Positions 1 through 10,146 of a stretch of DNA of 32,000 nucleotides are shown in pieces. Numbering within the stretch: the first letter of the stretch is position 1; the number at the start of each line of letters is the position of its first letter. The DNA is from Patescibacteria group bacterium. Lineage in GTDB: Bacteria; Patescibacteriota; Patescibacteriia; 2-01-FULL-39-33. The notes beneath the pieces were generated by a model that saw only the letters and a program-made list of their open reading frames with translations, was not told where the DNA came from and made no database searches. Location: NCBI GenBank assembly GCA_041662745.1, contig JBAZRV010000004.1, forward strand, positions 30,001-62,000. The letters run 5' to 3'. The position numbers and the translations under genes were made by a program.

Positions 1-3000
1 GGCTTTCGCAATTGGCCTTGGCCTCGGTAAACGAGGTTTCGGTCATGGTGCGGCGATACGGGTGGCAATTATCGGAAACGGAAACAGTGCGGGATAATAA
101 ACGATAATGAATATTGCCGTTTACATCATACAATTCGCGGCAATCCGGGTTGCTAACCATATCATCCTTGGTACAGACGCCAAAATCATAACGATCGCGA
201 TCCGCACCGCGAGCGCTCGTTGGATCATTGCAAACGGCATTGCCCGAAGCGTTATAAGCCAAATTAACGCAAGGAGCGCTGCCATTGCCAACGCCGGCCG
301 TTTCTGGGTCGCTGGCGATCTGTGATTTCTTTAAGCTGAACGCCACCAGCTGGTAACCGGTGATATCGGAACCCTCCCAAGTATAATAAGCGCCGTCATC
401 AACCGATGGTTTCTGGCAGGCCTGGATTTGACTATAATATTCTTTCTGCTCCCCGCCCTGGCCGGCAACGTCAAGATTGGTGAATTCATCGCAACCGGCA
501 TAACTGGCAGAACAAGTCTTGAGTTTGTTGTCGGCGATGAACTGCCTGAAAGCTTGATTGATAAAACTGGTCTCTTCTTGATTGTATAACTGATAGCCGG
601 CGCATTCCTTAGGACAAGCATCAAAATCCTGCGCCACACCCGGTATTGACGGGTCACCATTAAGGGGGCGATATAATTCACAACCGACTTCTTGCGGCGT
701 ACAAACACCGGAATACAGGGCGCAATTGGCATTCTTATTCTTTAAGACGCCAGTTAGCTCCTGTTGATTTTGGGGCCATTGCAAGCCGGCAAGATCCGGA
801 TAAGCATCATAACAACTAAAGTAACTGGGGGCCTTCTTAAGGTAAGCCACTTGTTCAATCGGCCGGGTTGAAGGATTATAATCGCTATAATTACTGGGAT
901 AAGTAGCATTAAAAGAAATCGCCTCAACCTTGGCATTATCAATAATCGCCTCCTGGCCGGCCGATCCGGTGGAGAACCACAATTCCAGTTTAGCGGCGTT
1001 ATCCGGCGCCTTAAATTTACAGAAAAACCGACTGGAAGTGGCAAAGGAAGTCGGAGTAAACTTCAAAGCCAATGTTTGCGGGACACTGCCATCCTTGTCT
1101 CTGGCCCAGTCGCAAGTCGCCGAAGAAGTGGCTACCTGCAAAACGGCTCCGGCCTTGGATTTGAATCTCAAAAAAGTCTCAATCGGAACTGCCTGGTCAA
1201 CGGAAGCTTGATAACCGTCAATAGCCAAAAAATAATATTGGCCGGGAGTAACTTGGATTGCCTTATTAACATTAGCGCTATCCAAACCACTTAAATAGCC
1301 GATCTTGGCTCTGGTGTTATCTGCCAAGGTCAGATTGCTCCAATCATATAAAGTGCCGTCAAAGCCGCCGTTAATGACAACATTACCGCCCAAATTTGAT
1401 TTAGTGCGGATGAATTGGCTGCAGCCGTCGCTTAAAGACGAGCAAGTCTGAGCATCACGATCAAAATACATTTCAGTTGCGCCCTCGCGCGAAGAAACAA
1501 GGACTGATACGGCGCCGACGCCGCAAGCAGTACTGATGGGATAAAATTCAAAATCATCAAGATATAAATCGGCGTAAACCCCGGCAGGATTGCGCGCCAC
1601 CAAAATCACCCGTTCATTGTCGCCGGAATTAAAATTCAAATTAGCTTCGCGCCAACCGGAGGAACCGCTGGTCAATTGCAAATTATTCAATAAGGAAGGC
1701 CATAATGAGCTGTCTTGATCAAAAGACGTAAAGTCTTTGCTATCGGCCCGCACTTCCACATTAACATTGCCGTTAATAGACCCTTTATAATAAAATCTAA
1801 CATTATAATTGGTGTTCTTCTCTACCGGTATAGCCGGCTCGTAACTGATCAGATCGGCCGGAGCATAAAGCGTCTTAATAAAAAGCGCGGCGGCGCCACT
1901 GTGTTTTTCGGTGGTAACGCGAAGATGGCGATTGTTGTTGTCAATAAACGCCAAAGTCCAAGAAGCGGCTTTCCAGCTTTCCTGGCTGTTAAGCAACGCT
2001 TCCAAACCGAGATTCGGCTTGTTTATCACTTCGGCAGTATAGACATCGGGGAATAATTTAGCGTCATTGCATAACCGCAATTGGCAAGACACGCCATTGT
2101 CCGGAACATTGCAGAAAGGATTCTGAGGGATATAACTGGCCTGATCTGCGGCTTCGGAATACTGGAAACTGCAATAATTGCCGCCGGTAGTCTGATGGAA
2201 AACGCAACCTTTGCCCGTGACATCCAATTTACACATGTCCGAGGAGCAGGGCGAAGCCAATCGCAAACGCGAATTGGCGCTGACTTGATGGCCGGCCTGC
2301 ACCCACCAATCCTTATCGCTTCTGTTGAAAGTTATTATTTGATTGATAGTCTCAGGCGGAGCAAGTTGCGTACCGCTGCCCAAATTAGTCCAAGTCTGAC
2401 TGGACGGATTGTAATTGATGGCATACCAACGACAACCGGCCACTTGCGCATTGCAATTTCTAAAATCCAAGGTATTGGTTAAATAAGAAGAGGCATTGCC
2501 GGCGCGCGAAGCGTAGGTCTGGCAGGAATTGACTCTGGCCGGACAAGTCTTCCCCAAATCCCAAACGCGACGCTCTTCATTGCAATAGCCATAAGCCAAG
2601 CAAGCGCCGTTCTCATCCTCTTGCAGACATTGTTGCTCGTCGGAACAGTATTCCAAGCGGCCGATGGTTCCGCTTTGATCGTCTTTATTCAGATTAAGAG
2701 CGCCGTAACCTTGGCGGCGACAACTGGTTTCATACGCTTTCAGCGTCCAGTAAGGGTCAACCATCCCCTTAAAGTTATTGGTGGTGCAACCGTTTTTGCC
2801 TATGCCTTCATAACAATTGATCAATTCGCCCAGAGTATATTCGCGATTACTGTTAGAATTCTTAATAAAATTAGCGGCTTCTTCCCAACCCACCGGTACG
2901 ATGCGGTATTGGCGTAAAACCAAAATAGAACGGTAAGGAATGGCTGTCTGCAAGGAGTTGGACTGTTCTGATCGAGGAGAAAAAACCCGGTTCTTGATTT

Positions 3001-4423
3001 GATCAGGCAGATCAATCACATAGGTTTTGCTTTTAACCGCTTGGGCCAAAGAATCATCCATGACGCAGTCCATTGGTCCGGGATTAGTTTTGGCTGAGTC
3101 ATCGCAAGAAGAAAGCTCAACTATTAAATCAACCTTCCCGCCTTGCTGGCCCTGGCTGCCGGAAATGGCGTTATTTATTCTTTCTTCAGCCCCCTTAGTG
3201 CCTTCAGTAATTATCGGACTGGCCGAAGGATTAAACAAAGCGGTCAAGGCGCCGGAAAGTATGCTGGAACCTTGACTGGCCAGAGAATTGGAACTACCGC
3301 CGGATGAACCGCCGGATGATGATTGCGTCAAAGAAAACAAGCCCTCTTTTAATAACCCTAACGATTCGGCTACGACCGTATCCATGAATTCAAACGGCAC
3401 AGCCATAGCTGTTTCCGTCCAAGTAATAGCGTATTGCGAGTTGCCTTTTTTCAACATGGCATCAGCCATCATTTCATGAAGCATGGTGCCGGGAGTAAGG
3501 ATTTTACCATTAAAGGTTGCCTTGCTCAGCCAACCCTGATTGGTGCTGGCTTCATAAGTTTTGGCTTTGATCTGCTGATTAACCGCCGCATCGCGCAAAT
3601 CCAAAGCTAACAATGAAGCGGTGATATCATTTTCTCCGGGGCGCAAGGCCAAGGTGTACTCTAAGGGAAAATTTAGATTAGTTACGGCCTCTTGCCAATT
3701 GGTCATGATTTCGGAAAAAGTACACCTGACACGGGGAGTCGTCTGGCCTAATTGAATATTAATCAATAGCCGTACCTGCAAATCAGGCTGGCAGATATCC
3801 ACGCCGTAATGCTGGCTGAAGTTATCAATAAAATCACCCAAAGCCGAGTCGGCGGCATTAAGCAGATAGGCATTCCATCCTTCGGTAATATAGGCCGGCT
3901 TCTGACCCTTAAGCGCGGTAAAAGCGATCTTGGTGGCTTCACGCGTCACGCTTCTAAGCAAGGTATCCAAGGCTTTAGAGGCGGAACTACTCAGGGCGGA
4001 TAAAAATTTCCTCCGCCTTTCATCGTTCTTCACTTTTCTAATTTCTGACTTCAAATCGGCTTCAATTTGGTCTCCCGTGCTGGCATCGGAAATATACTTA
4101 TTACAAACGGTCTGAGCTTCAGTTAAAGCGCTAAGTTTGGCGCCGCATTCAAATGCCGTACAAGGTATGGCCAATGCTGCTGTTTTCAATTCTTGGCACA
4201 TTGCTAAAGCTGTCTTGGCAGGAACACCGGCTTCCGCTTCAGCTTCCGCTTCAGCTAAATCTATTTTTGATTGAGCTAATTGTTCATCAAAAGCCGCCTG
4301 GGGATCAACTTGAGCTAAGACATTTAAAGGGTAAAGAATCCACAAGCAACAAAAAACTACTCCCAATAAAACCATCGGGCCATAAAATCTTACACGATTA
4401 TACTTATTCAGATTTAAAAGCAT
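1..4423 (-). CDS. very large Cys-rich exported hypothetical protein, partial (C-terminus beyond window edge)
   Basis: Minus-strand frame with codon low coordinates = 2 mod 3 reads open at both ends where checked (about 1-61 and 4350-4423) and in sampled middle regions; no ORF in this frame is listed by the track, as expected for an edge-truncated ORF. N-terminus MLLNLNKYNRVRFYGPMVLLGVVFCCLWILYPLNVLAQVDPQAAFDEQLAQSKIDLAEAEAEAEAG looks like a signal sequence. Interior contains many C residues and a galactose-binding/CBM-like stretch (NVVINGGFDGTLYDWSNLTLADN...). Confidence 0.8.
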   Translation of the reverse strand, partial: MLLNLNKYNRVRFYGPMVLLGVVFCCLWILYPLNVLAQVDPQAAFDEQLAQSKIDLAEAEAEAEAGVPAKTALAMCQELKTAALAIPCTAFECGAKLSALTEAQTVCNKYISDASTGDQIEADLKSEIRKVKNDERRRKFLSALSSSASKALDTLLRSVTREATKIAFTALKGQKPAYITEGWNAYLLNAADSALGDFIDNFSQHYGVDICQPDLQVRLLINIQLGQTTPRVRCTFSEIMTNWQEAVTNLNFPLEYTLALRPGENDITASLLALDLRDAAVNQQIKAKTYEASTNQGWLSKATFNGKILTPGTMLHEMMADAMLKKGNSQYAITWTETAMAVPFEFMDTVVAESLGLLKEGLFSLTQSSSGGSSGGSSNSLASQGSSILSGALTALFNPSASPIITEGTKGAEERINNAISGSQGQQGGKVDLIVELSSCDDSAKTNPGPMDCVMDDSLAQAVKSKTYVIDLPDQIKNRVFSPRSEQSNSLQTAIPYRSILVLRQYRIVPVGWEEAANFIKNSNSNREYTLGELINCYEGIGKNGCTTNNFKGMVDPYWTLKAYETSCRRQGYGALNLNKDDQSGTIGRLEYCSDEQQCLQEDENGACLAYGYCNEERRVWDLGKTCPARVNSCQTYASRAGNASSYLTNTLDFRNCNAQVAGCRWYAINYNPSSQTWTNLGSGTQLAPPETINQIITFNRSDKDWWVQAGHQVSANSRLRLASPCSSDMCKLDVTGKGCVFHQTTGGNYCSFQYSEAADQASYIPQNPFCNVPDNGVSCQLRLCNDAKLFPDVYTAEVINKPNLGLEALLNSQESWKAASWTLAFIDNNNRHLRVTTEKHSGAAALFIKTLYAPADLISYEPAIPVEKNTNYNVRFYYKGSINGNVNVEVRADSKDFTSFDQDSSLWPSLLNNLQLTSGSSGWREANLNFNSGDNERVILVARNPAGVYADLYLDDFEFYPISTACGVGAVSVLVSSREGATEMYFDRDAQTCSSLSDGCSQFIRTKSNLGGNVVINGGFDGTLYDWSNLTLADNTRAKIGYLSGLDSANVNKAIQVTPGQYYFLAIDGYQASVDQAVPIETFLRFKSKAGAVLQVATSSATCDWARDKDGSVPQTLALKFTPTSFATSSRFFCKFKAPDNAAKLELWFSTGSAGQEAIIDNAKVEAISFNATYPSNYSDYNPSTRPIEQVAYLKKAPSYFSCYDAYPDLAGLQWPQNQQELTGVLKNKNANCALYSGVCTPQEVGCELYRPLNGDPSIPGVAQDFDACPKECAGYQLYNQEETSFINQAFRQFIADNKLKTCSASYAGCDEFTNLDVAGQGGEQKEYYSQIQACQKPSVDDGAYYTWEGSDITGYQLVAFSLKKSQIASDPETAGVGNGSAPCVNLAYNASGNAVCNDPTSARGADRDRYDFGVCTKDDMVSNPDCRELYDVNGNIHYRLLSRTVSVSDNCHPYRRTMTETSFTEAKANCES

Positions 4424-4430
4424 AATTATT

Positions 4431-5477
4431 TTAAGTTGAAGTTGCTGTTGAAGAAACTATGCGCTTTTCTAATTGGCTGATGAACACCTGTTTCAATTCA
4501 TCATCGCCAATGGTGTCCAAAATAACGCTATCACCGCCGGATTTAATCAGGATCTGCCTGATTTGCGCGCCGGACAGCTGTTTAAAATCAGCCATAGTGG
4601 TAACGCCGAATGACTCCAAATTAACATTGGCCCAACCGCTCGTAGCGGTAGCTAAAGCATCAACGGTCAAATCTGTTTGGTTAACTAAAGCATCATCAAC
4701 GCCCAAATCTCCGCCAATGGCGTAAGAAGAAAAAACTGTCGGATCAATCAGGCCGTATTGCTGCAATTGTTGCGCCATAGTCGGATTATTCTGCAAATAT
4801 TGAGCAAAAGTCTGCATTAATTCATCATCGGTGGTATCGGCCAGATCCTGATCGCTAATGCCGCTGCTTTTTAGCATCTGTCTGATAATATCCGGAGTCA
4901 AAGCCGAATAATTGTTGGTCTGGCCGGCAGTTGCCGTTAGGGGCGCCGAATCAGTGGAACCGGATGGCAAGACGCCGGTATCGGAAGGGCTGGCAGTAGA
5001 ATCCATGGTAGGCAATCCCGTACATTTTTGGCCTTGCGGACAGTTCGGATCAGTCCCCCTATCCACCTCAATTTTATCGTTAAGGCCGTCGGAATCGCTG
5101 TCTTTAAGATAGGGACTGGTATGATAAACGCTTAATTCAAGATTATCAGCCAGGCCATCGGCGTCGGTATCGCGGGTCATCATGTCCCTTATTTGCGCTT
5201 GTTGCAAAGCTAACCTCTCCGCGCGGGATTTATTACCGGCCTTAACTATATCTTGAAAAGGATTTTGGCTGGCGAAAAAAAACTGCCAAAAACCAAAAAC
5301 AAGGGCCATTAACCCGATTGCCGCGATTAAAACTGTATGCATTTTTTCCTTGCCGGTAAGCGATTTACCTAAGCTTGAGTCATTGCCTGAAGCGGGGGTA
5401 TCGCCCACTTCCAGATTCTTCAAGTAATCAGCTTCTTTATCTTCACTTATCGGCCGGGGTTGTTCACTACCTTCCAT
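4431..5477 (-). CDS. membrane-anchored hypothetical protein with thrombospondin type-3-like/EF-hand-like Asp-rich repeats
   Basis: 348-aa ORF; one TM segment (VLIAAIGLMALVFGFWQFFFA) followed by DTDADGLADNLELSVYHTSPYLKDSDSDGLNDKIEVDRGTDPNC. Confidence 0.8.
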   Translation of the reverse strand: MEGSEQPRPISEDKEADYLKNLEVGDTPASGNDSSLGKSLTGKEKMHTVLIAAIGLMALVFGFWQFFFASQNPFQDIVKAGNKSRAERLALQQAQIRDMMTRDTDADGLADNLELSVYHTSPYLKDSDSDGLNDKIEVDRGTDPNCPQGQKCTGLPTMDSTASPSDTGVLPSGSTDSAPLTATAGQTNNYSALTPDIIRQMLKSSGISDQDLADTTDDELMQTFAQYLQNNPTMAQQLQQYGLIDPTVFSSYAIGGDLGVDDALVNQTDLTVDALATATSGWANVNLESFGVTTMADFKQLSGAQIRQILIKSGGDSVILDTIGDDELKQVFISQLEKRIVSSTATST

Positions 5478-5632
5478 TAGAGGTGTGGATAAGTTATGTA
5501 TTAATTATACCACAAAATCGTTTTCGTAAAAAGATTTATACTAGAACATTTAAAGAATGAATAAATCAAGGAAACGAAAAAACAACAATCACCCGTTTTG
5601 TTGCCTTACTGTTTGAGCATTATCTCGTTTGG

Positions 5633-6433
5633 TTATTTGATTGCTTCCGCCAATTCAAGCCAGTCATCAACGCTTAAATCTTGGGCGCGGATTTTCTCAT
5701 CCAATCCCAGTCCGATCAAAATTGAACGCACCTGCTTTTCCGGCAAAGGCAATCCCCCGGCTAAGTTATTCTTCATTTGTTTTCTTTTGGCGGCGAAACC
5801 GATGCGCGCCAAACGAAAAACCTGTTTAGCTTGAGCCGGCGTTTGTCGCTTTAATTTTATCCGGACCACCGCCGAATCCACTGCCGGCACGGGCCAGAAA
5901 CATCCGCGGCCGACTTCAAACAATATTTGCGGTTCGCCAAAAAGCTGAGCCGATAAACTTAATAAAGACATTTCTCCCGGCTTGGCTATCAGCCTTTTCG
6001 CCACTTCTTTCTGCAACATCAGGATCATTTCCGTCGGCTTTGGCCCGGTTTCCAAAAATAACCTCAAAAATGCCGCCGTAATGGAGTATGGCAAATTGGC
6101 AACGATACGATAAGAAAAATCCGTAAATCCTTCAGCCGCCAAATTGACCCGCAGGATATCGCCGGCAATCAAATCAACTTGAGGAAAATTAGTTTTTATA
6201 TAAGAAATAATCTTCTGATCTAACTCTACTGCGACCAGGTTGTCAGTGGCTTTGGCCAACTCTTCGGTCAGAACGCCCAAGCCCGGCCCAACCTCTAAAA
6301 TTCTTTCTTTCGGCTTAATGGCGGCGGCGGCGATGATTTTTTTAACAATATTGGCATCAATTAAAAAATTCTGCCCCTTGGATTTGGACGGCTTGATATC
6401 ATACTGCCGGCACAAAGATTTAACATCAATCAT
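5633..6433 (-). CDS. rsmA: 16S rRNA (adenine1518-N6/adenine1519-N6)-dimethyltransferase
   Basis: KSKGQNFLIDANIVKKII, ILEVGPGLGVLTEELAK, VANLPYSITAAFLR motifs; start trimmed to MIDVKSLCRQYDIKPSKSKGQNFL (ATG 6431-6433, ATGA overlap with upstream gene). Confidence 0.95.
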   Translation of the reverse strand: MIDVKSLCRQYDIKPSKSKGQNFLIDANIVKKIIAAAAIKPKERILEVGPGLGVLTEELAKATDNLVAVELDQKIISYIKTNFPQVDLIAGDILRVNLAAEGFTDFSYRIVANLPYSITAAFLRLFLETGPKPTEMILMLQKEVAKRLIAKPGEMSLLSLSAQLFGEPQILFEVGRGCFWPVPAVDSAVVRIKLKRQTPAQAKQVFRLARIGFAAKRKQMKNNLAGGLPLPEKQVRSILIGLGLDEKIRAQDLSVDDWLELAEAIK

Positions 6434-7617
6434 AAACGATAAAACAAATAGAATAAAGTAAACATCGCGCCGACAATAAACATCGTATTCCAGCCCGGCG
6501 CCACCAATTGCAGGGCCAGGAAACAAATAATCATGGCCGCTATCTTGCCTAAAACCAAAGTCATCTCAAAAAACACAATGGAGTTCATCACCGAACCGTC
6601 CCTGGCATCCTTATAAACAAAAGCGGTAATCGGCACGGCCAAAGAATCCTTGGAGATGCGGGAAAAAACATCCAAAAGCAACACTCCCCAGGGCAAGCGC
6701 GTTACTAACTTAAGCAACCAGCTAAAAAAATAAAAGACGATGCCGTAGCCTAAAATTTGCTGGCGAGGACTTTTGTCCGTCCAACGGCCGATAAACAATA
6801 AAACAACCAAAGAAATCAAAGTTGAAATCGCTGAGAAAATGCCAAGATTAAGATAGGTGCCGACTACCAAAAAAACAAAAATCGGCCAAATCGTCAAAAT
6901 TATCCATTCCTCGCCAAAACCCAAATTAGCCCAAAGCCTAAGCCGGTTTTCTTTGGCAAAAATACGCTTAAAAGCTTCGCGATAGCTGAACGGCTTAGGA
7001 TCAAACTTCTCCTTGGTAATCAGCATGGGGACATTAGAAACCAGGATGAGTATGGCGGTAACTACAAACAACACTTTAAAACCATAAAATTGCACGATCA
7101 AACCGCCAACTAAAGGAGAGATAACATAAACAATATTCAAAATAACGTACAAATTGCTGATTGCCCTGCCCTGTTCGCCGTCGGAAGAGAATTTGGCAAA
7201 ATTGGAATGGTAAGACGGCCAATAAAGCGCTTTAAAAATAATATAGGGTATGGTCGCCAGCCAAACCGCCGGCGCAAAACGATTGGCGGAAAACAACAAA
7301 AAATACATTAACACGATGAAGGGCGTAGACAAAGCAATGGAATTTTCATAGCCGAAACGACGGGCAAATTTGGCGCCGAAAGGCACCAGGAAAAAGTACG
7401 GGATATAAACCAAGAGATAAAAAAAGATAATTAACTCTAATGTCTTCTGCAAGTTATGGGTCTGTGAGAAAAAAATATACAAAAATACCGGTTCAAAAAT
7501 ACTGACCATGCAAGCGGCGAAATCCAAAATAATGGAAGAAGCGTAAAGTTCCTTCACCTGGCGGGTCAACCGATGGGCAAAAAATGATGACAGGACGTTG
7601 AGCGGATTACGGCTCAT
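6430..7617 (-). CDS. MFS-type transporter / multi-pass membrane protein
   Basis: 395-aa highly hydrophobic multi-TM protein; LIGRWTDKSPRQ-like loop; 4-nt overlap with genes on both sides. Confidence 0.75.
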   Translation of the reverse strand: MSRNPLNVLSSFFAHRLTRQVKELYASSIILDFAACMVSIFEPVFLYIFFSQTHNLQKTLELIIFFYLLVYIPYFFLVPFGAKFARRFGYENSIALSTPFIVLMYFLLFSANRFAPAVWLATIPYIIFKALYWPSYHSNFAKFSSDGEQGRAISNLYVILNIVYVISPLVGGLIVQFYGFKVLFVVTAILILVSNVPMLITKEKFDPKPFSYREAFKRIFAKENRLRLWANLGFGEEWIILTIWPIFVFLVVGTYLNLGIFSAISTLISLVVLLFIGRWTDKSPRQQILGYGIVFYFFSWLLKLVTRLPWGVLLLDVFSRISKDSLAVPITAFVYKDARDGSVMNSIVFFEMTLVLGKIAAMIICFLALQLVAPGWNTMFIVGAMFTLFYLFYRL

Positions 7618-8621
7618 GATCTTCTGATTAGTTTATAAAAAAAATATAATAACGGATTGACAATCAAGTCATAAGCTCCGACATATTGAGTTAAAGGACG
7701 CTGAGGGGCGAAGCCGACTTTGAATCTGGTTACGCCGGGCCAACGGTCGGGATCGGCGCCGAAAAAATCATAATATTTGCAACCGCGATTCTGCGCTTCT
7801 TTGATCATTTCCCATTGCAACAAATACGGCGCCATTTTTTCTCGGGCCTCATAAGCTGAAGCGCCGTGCAAGTAATAGCACCAATCGCCATAAAACGCCA
7901 TAATGGCGGCGGCCACGGCTTGGCCTTCGGCTCGAGCAAAAACTAATGTTATTTCCGGCCGTTCCAGCATTCTGCGATAATAATTTTCCGAGTGCGCGGC
8001 AATATTATCGCGTTTGGCCGTTTGTTTCATTAAGGCCATAAACTCGCCTAAGTCTTCCTGCGGTTTGGCGCCGGTTGCTATTTTTATGCCATGCTTCTGC
8101 GCCACTTTTATATTGTAACGCGTCTTGGGCTTCATGGCCTTAAGCAAATTCTCTGCGGCTTCGGTTAAATCCAAAACCAAAGTGCTGCGCGGCTGGACTT
8201 GTCCGCCAAACCTTAATTTATTAGCCGCCAAGACATCCGCCTCTTCCCAGGCCGGGTCCATTCTGATAAAAATCGCTTTTTCCGTTTCGGCTAATTCTTT
8301 CAAGCCCGATAAAACATTGGCAAAAATTTGCGGCTTAAGGCCGGTCGTCTGTCCGACTGCTAAGCAAGCTTTAGCTTCTATTATCGGCCCCCGAGGCAGA
8401 TAAAAATAATTAAAACCGCCGGGCAATGGCTGGCGGACAACCAAAGCCACGGCCCTGATTTCAGTCCCGTCCATCCAGGCCAAACGCCAAATTTTTCGGC
8501 CGTAAGATTGTTGGAATTCTCCCCAACCCCAGGATTGCAATAAACCGCCGTCACCGGCGTTGGCTGAGACGAATTTTTCCCAAGAATTACGATTGAGATT
8601 GAAATTTTTTTCTAATTTCAT
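7614..8621 (-). CDS. FemAB/FemX-like peptidoglycan bridge-forming aminoacyltransferase (GNAT fold)
   Basis: LLQSWGWGEFQQSYG...; KPKTRYNIKVAQKHGI; YYLHGAS; LLQWEMIKEAQNRGCKYYDFFGADPDRWPGVTRFKVGF typical of the family. Confidence 0.85.
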   Translation of the reverse strand: MKLEKNFNLNRNSWEKFVSANAGDGGLLQSWGWGEFQQSYGRKIWRLAWMDGTEIRAVALVVRQPLPGGFNYFYLPRGPIIEAKACLAVGQTTGLKPQIFANVLSGLKELAETEKAIFIRMDPAWEEADVLAANKLRFGGQVQPRSTLVLDLTEAAENLLKAMKPKTRYNIKVAQKHGIKIATGAKPQEDLGEFMALMKQTAKRDNIAAHSENYYRRMLERPEITLVFARAEGQAVAAAIMAFYGDWCYYLHGASAYEAREKMAPYLLQWEMIKEAQNRGCKYYDFFGADPDRWPGVTRFKVGFAPQRPLTQYVGAYDLIVNPLLYFFYKLIRRS

Positions 8622-8686
8622 TACTTATATAATAACATAAAAATTAAAAAGCTGCGAAACGCAGCCGAATATAAAATCATTTTGTC

Positions 8687-8716
8687 TTGACAAAGCGACT
8701 AAAAATGTTATATGAT
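8687..8716 (+). promoter_or_regulatory. sigma70-like promoter for der
   Basis: TTGACA (8687-8692), 18-nt spacer, TATGAT (8711-8716), 36 nt before ATG 8753. Confidence 0.6.
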
Positions 8717-8752
8717 GTTGTTTTGTCCCTAAATAACTGCTACCATATTAAT

Positions 8753-10117
8753 ATGTCTGATAAATTACCGCGAGTAGCGATCGTTGGACGGGCCAACGTC
8801 GGCAAATCAACTTTATTTAATCGCCTGATTGAACAGAATAAGGCGTTAGTTTCTTCTATTGCCGGCACCACGCGCGACCGCAACATTGGCGTAGCCGAGT
8901 GGCGCGGTATCAAATTCACCCTGGTTGACACCGGCGGCTTGGATGTGGATTTGATTGAGGGGGCGCCGGAAGAAATCGCGCTCGGTATCATTAAGCAGGC
9001 CCGACAAGCCATCAAAACCGCCAAGGTAATCGTCTTTGTCGTTGACTTAAAAACCGGCATCCTAACCTCGGACAGGGAATTAGCCAAAGCCCTGCTTCAA
9101 CAGGGTCTGCGCTCAAAAATCCTGGTGGTCGGCAATAAGGCGGAAACAGCCCGCTACGAGAAACATTCAGCGGGTGTGGAAAAATTAGGCCTGGGCGAGC
9201 CATTATTTGTTTCTGCCGCTTCCGGTTCCGGCACCGGCGACCTGTTGGATGAAATTGTTAAAAAACTTCCGCCGCAAAAAATCGCCAAGCCGGATGAACG
9301 AAAACCGATCCGCGTCGCTTTATTGGGCAAACCCAATGTCGGCAAATCTTCTTTGCTCAATTCCATTTTGGGCGAAGAAAGAGTCATTGTCAGTCCTCTG
9401 CCCCACACTACCCGCGAAGCGCACGATACTGAATTTGAATACCATGATCACAAATTCGTCATCATTGACACTGCCGGATTGCGAAAAAAGGCCAGGGTAG
9501 AAGGCGGACTGGAAAGAAAATCGGTTGATAAATCGCTTAAAGCGCTGGCCGAATGCGATGTGGCCGTCCTGGTTACCGAAGCGGACAAAAAAATAGACGT
9601 GCAGGATAAAAAAATAACCCAGGCCATCTTAGAGTCCGGCAAATCGGTGATTATCGTAGCCAATAAATGGGATCTGATCGGCGACAAGGACACGGCGACA
9701 ATTGATAAATTCGTGGATTACTATCATTTGTCTTTTCCTTACCTGTGGTGGGCGCCCTTGATTTTCGTTTCCGCCAAAGAACACCTGCGCAGCAAAAAAA
9801 TCTTGGATGTCATCCTGGAAATAATCGCCTCGCGCTCCGTGGAGATTTCCGATTCGCGCCTGGATAAATTTTTAAAATCCAAAATCAAACAACATCGGCC
9901 GAGCCGCGGCAAAGGATTGAAAAACCCCTACATCTACAGCATTCGCCAAAGCGGAGTCAACCCGCCGCGCTTTATTATCAATGTCAACGACCCGGCAACT
10001 CTGCACTTCTCTTATTTGCGCTTCCTGCAAAATAACTTGCGCGACACCTTCAAAATCATCGGCACGCCGATTCAAATTGAAATGAGAAAGTGGCAGGGCG
10101 GCAAAATTAAAAGTTAA
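8753..10117 (+). CDS. der: ribosome biogenesis GTPase Der (EngA)
   Basis: Two G domains: VAIVGRANVGKSTLFNRL and VALLGKPNVGKSSLLNSIL, plus KH-like C-terminus; start trimmed to MSDKLPRVAIVG. Confidence 0.96.
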   Translation: MSDKLPRVAIVGRANVGKSTLFNRLIEQNKALVSSIAGTTRDRNIGVAEWRGIKFTLVDTGGLDVDLIEGAPEEIALGIIKQARQAIKTAKVIVFVVDLKTGILTSDRELAKALLQQGLRSKILVVGNKAETARYEKHSAGVEKLGLGEPLFVSAASGSGTGDLLDEIVKKLPPQKIAKPDERKPIRVALLGKPNVGKSSLLNSILGEERVIVSPLPHTTREAHDTEFEYHDHKFVIIDTAGLRKKARVEGGLERKSVDKSLKALAECDVAVLVTEADKKIDVQDKKITQAILESGKSVIIVANKWDLIGDKDTATIDKFVDYYHLSFPYLWWAPLIFVSAKEHLRSKKILDVILEIIASRSVEISDSRLDKFLKSKIKQHRPSRGKGLKNPYIYSIRQSGVNPPRFIINVNDPATLHFSYLRFLQNNLRDTFKIIGTPIQIEMRKWQGGKIKS

Positions 10118-10146
10118 TTGATGCTATCGCCTCTTACCAATTATTT

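Noticed and set aside
107-4115. Many 60-130 aa ORFs in the first 4.4 kb on both strands (e.g. 331..732 -, 2081..2482 +)
   Set aside because: They lie in the wrong frames over the large open minus-strand ORF, have low-complexity or implausible composition, and no recognisable domain.
8687-8752. Der N-terminal extension MTKRLKMLYDVVLSLNNCYHIN
   Set aside because: It overlaps the promoter elements; the family start is MSDKLPRVAIVG at 8753.
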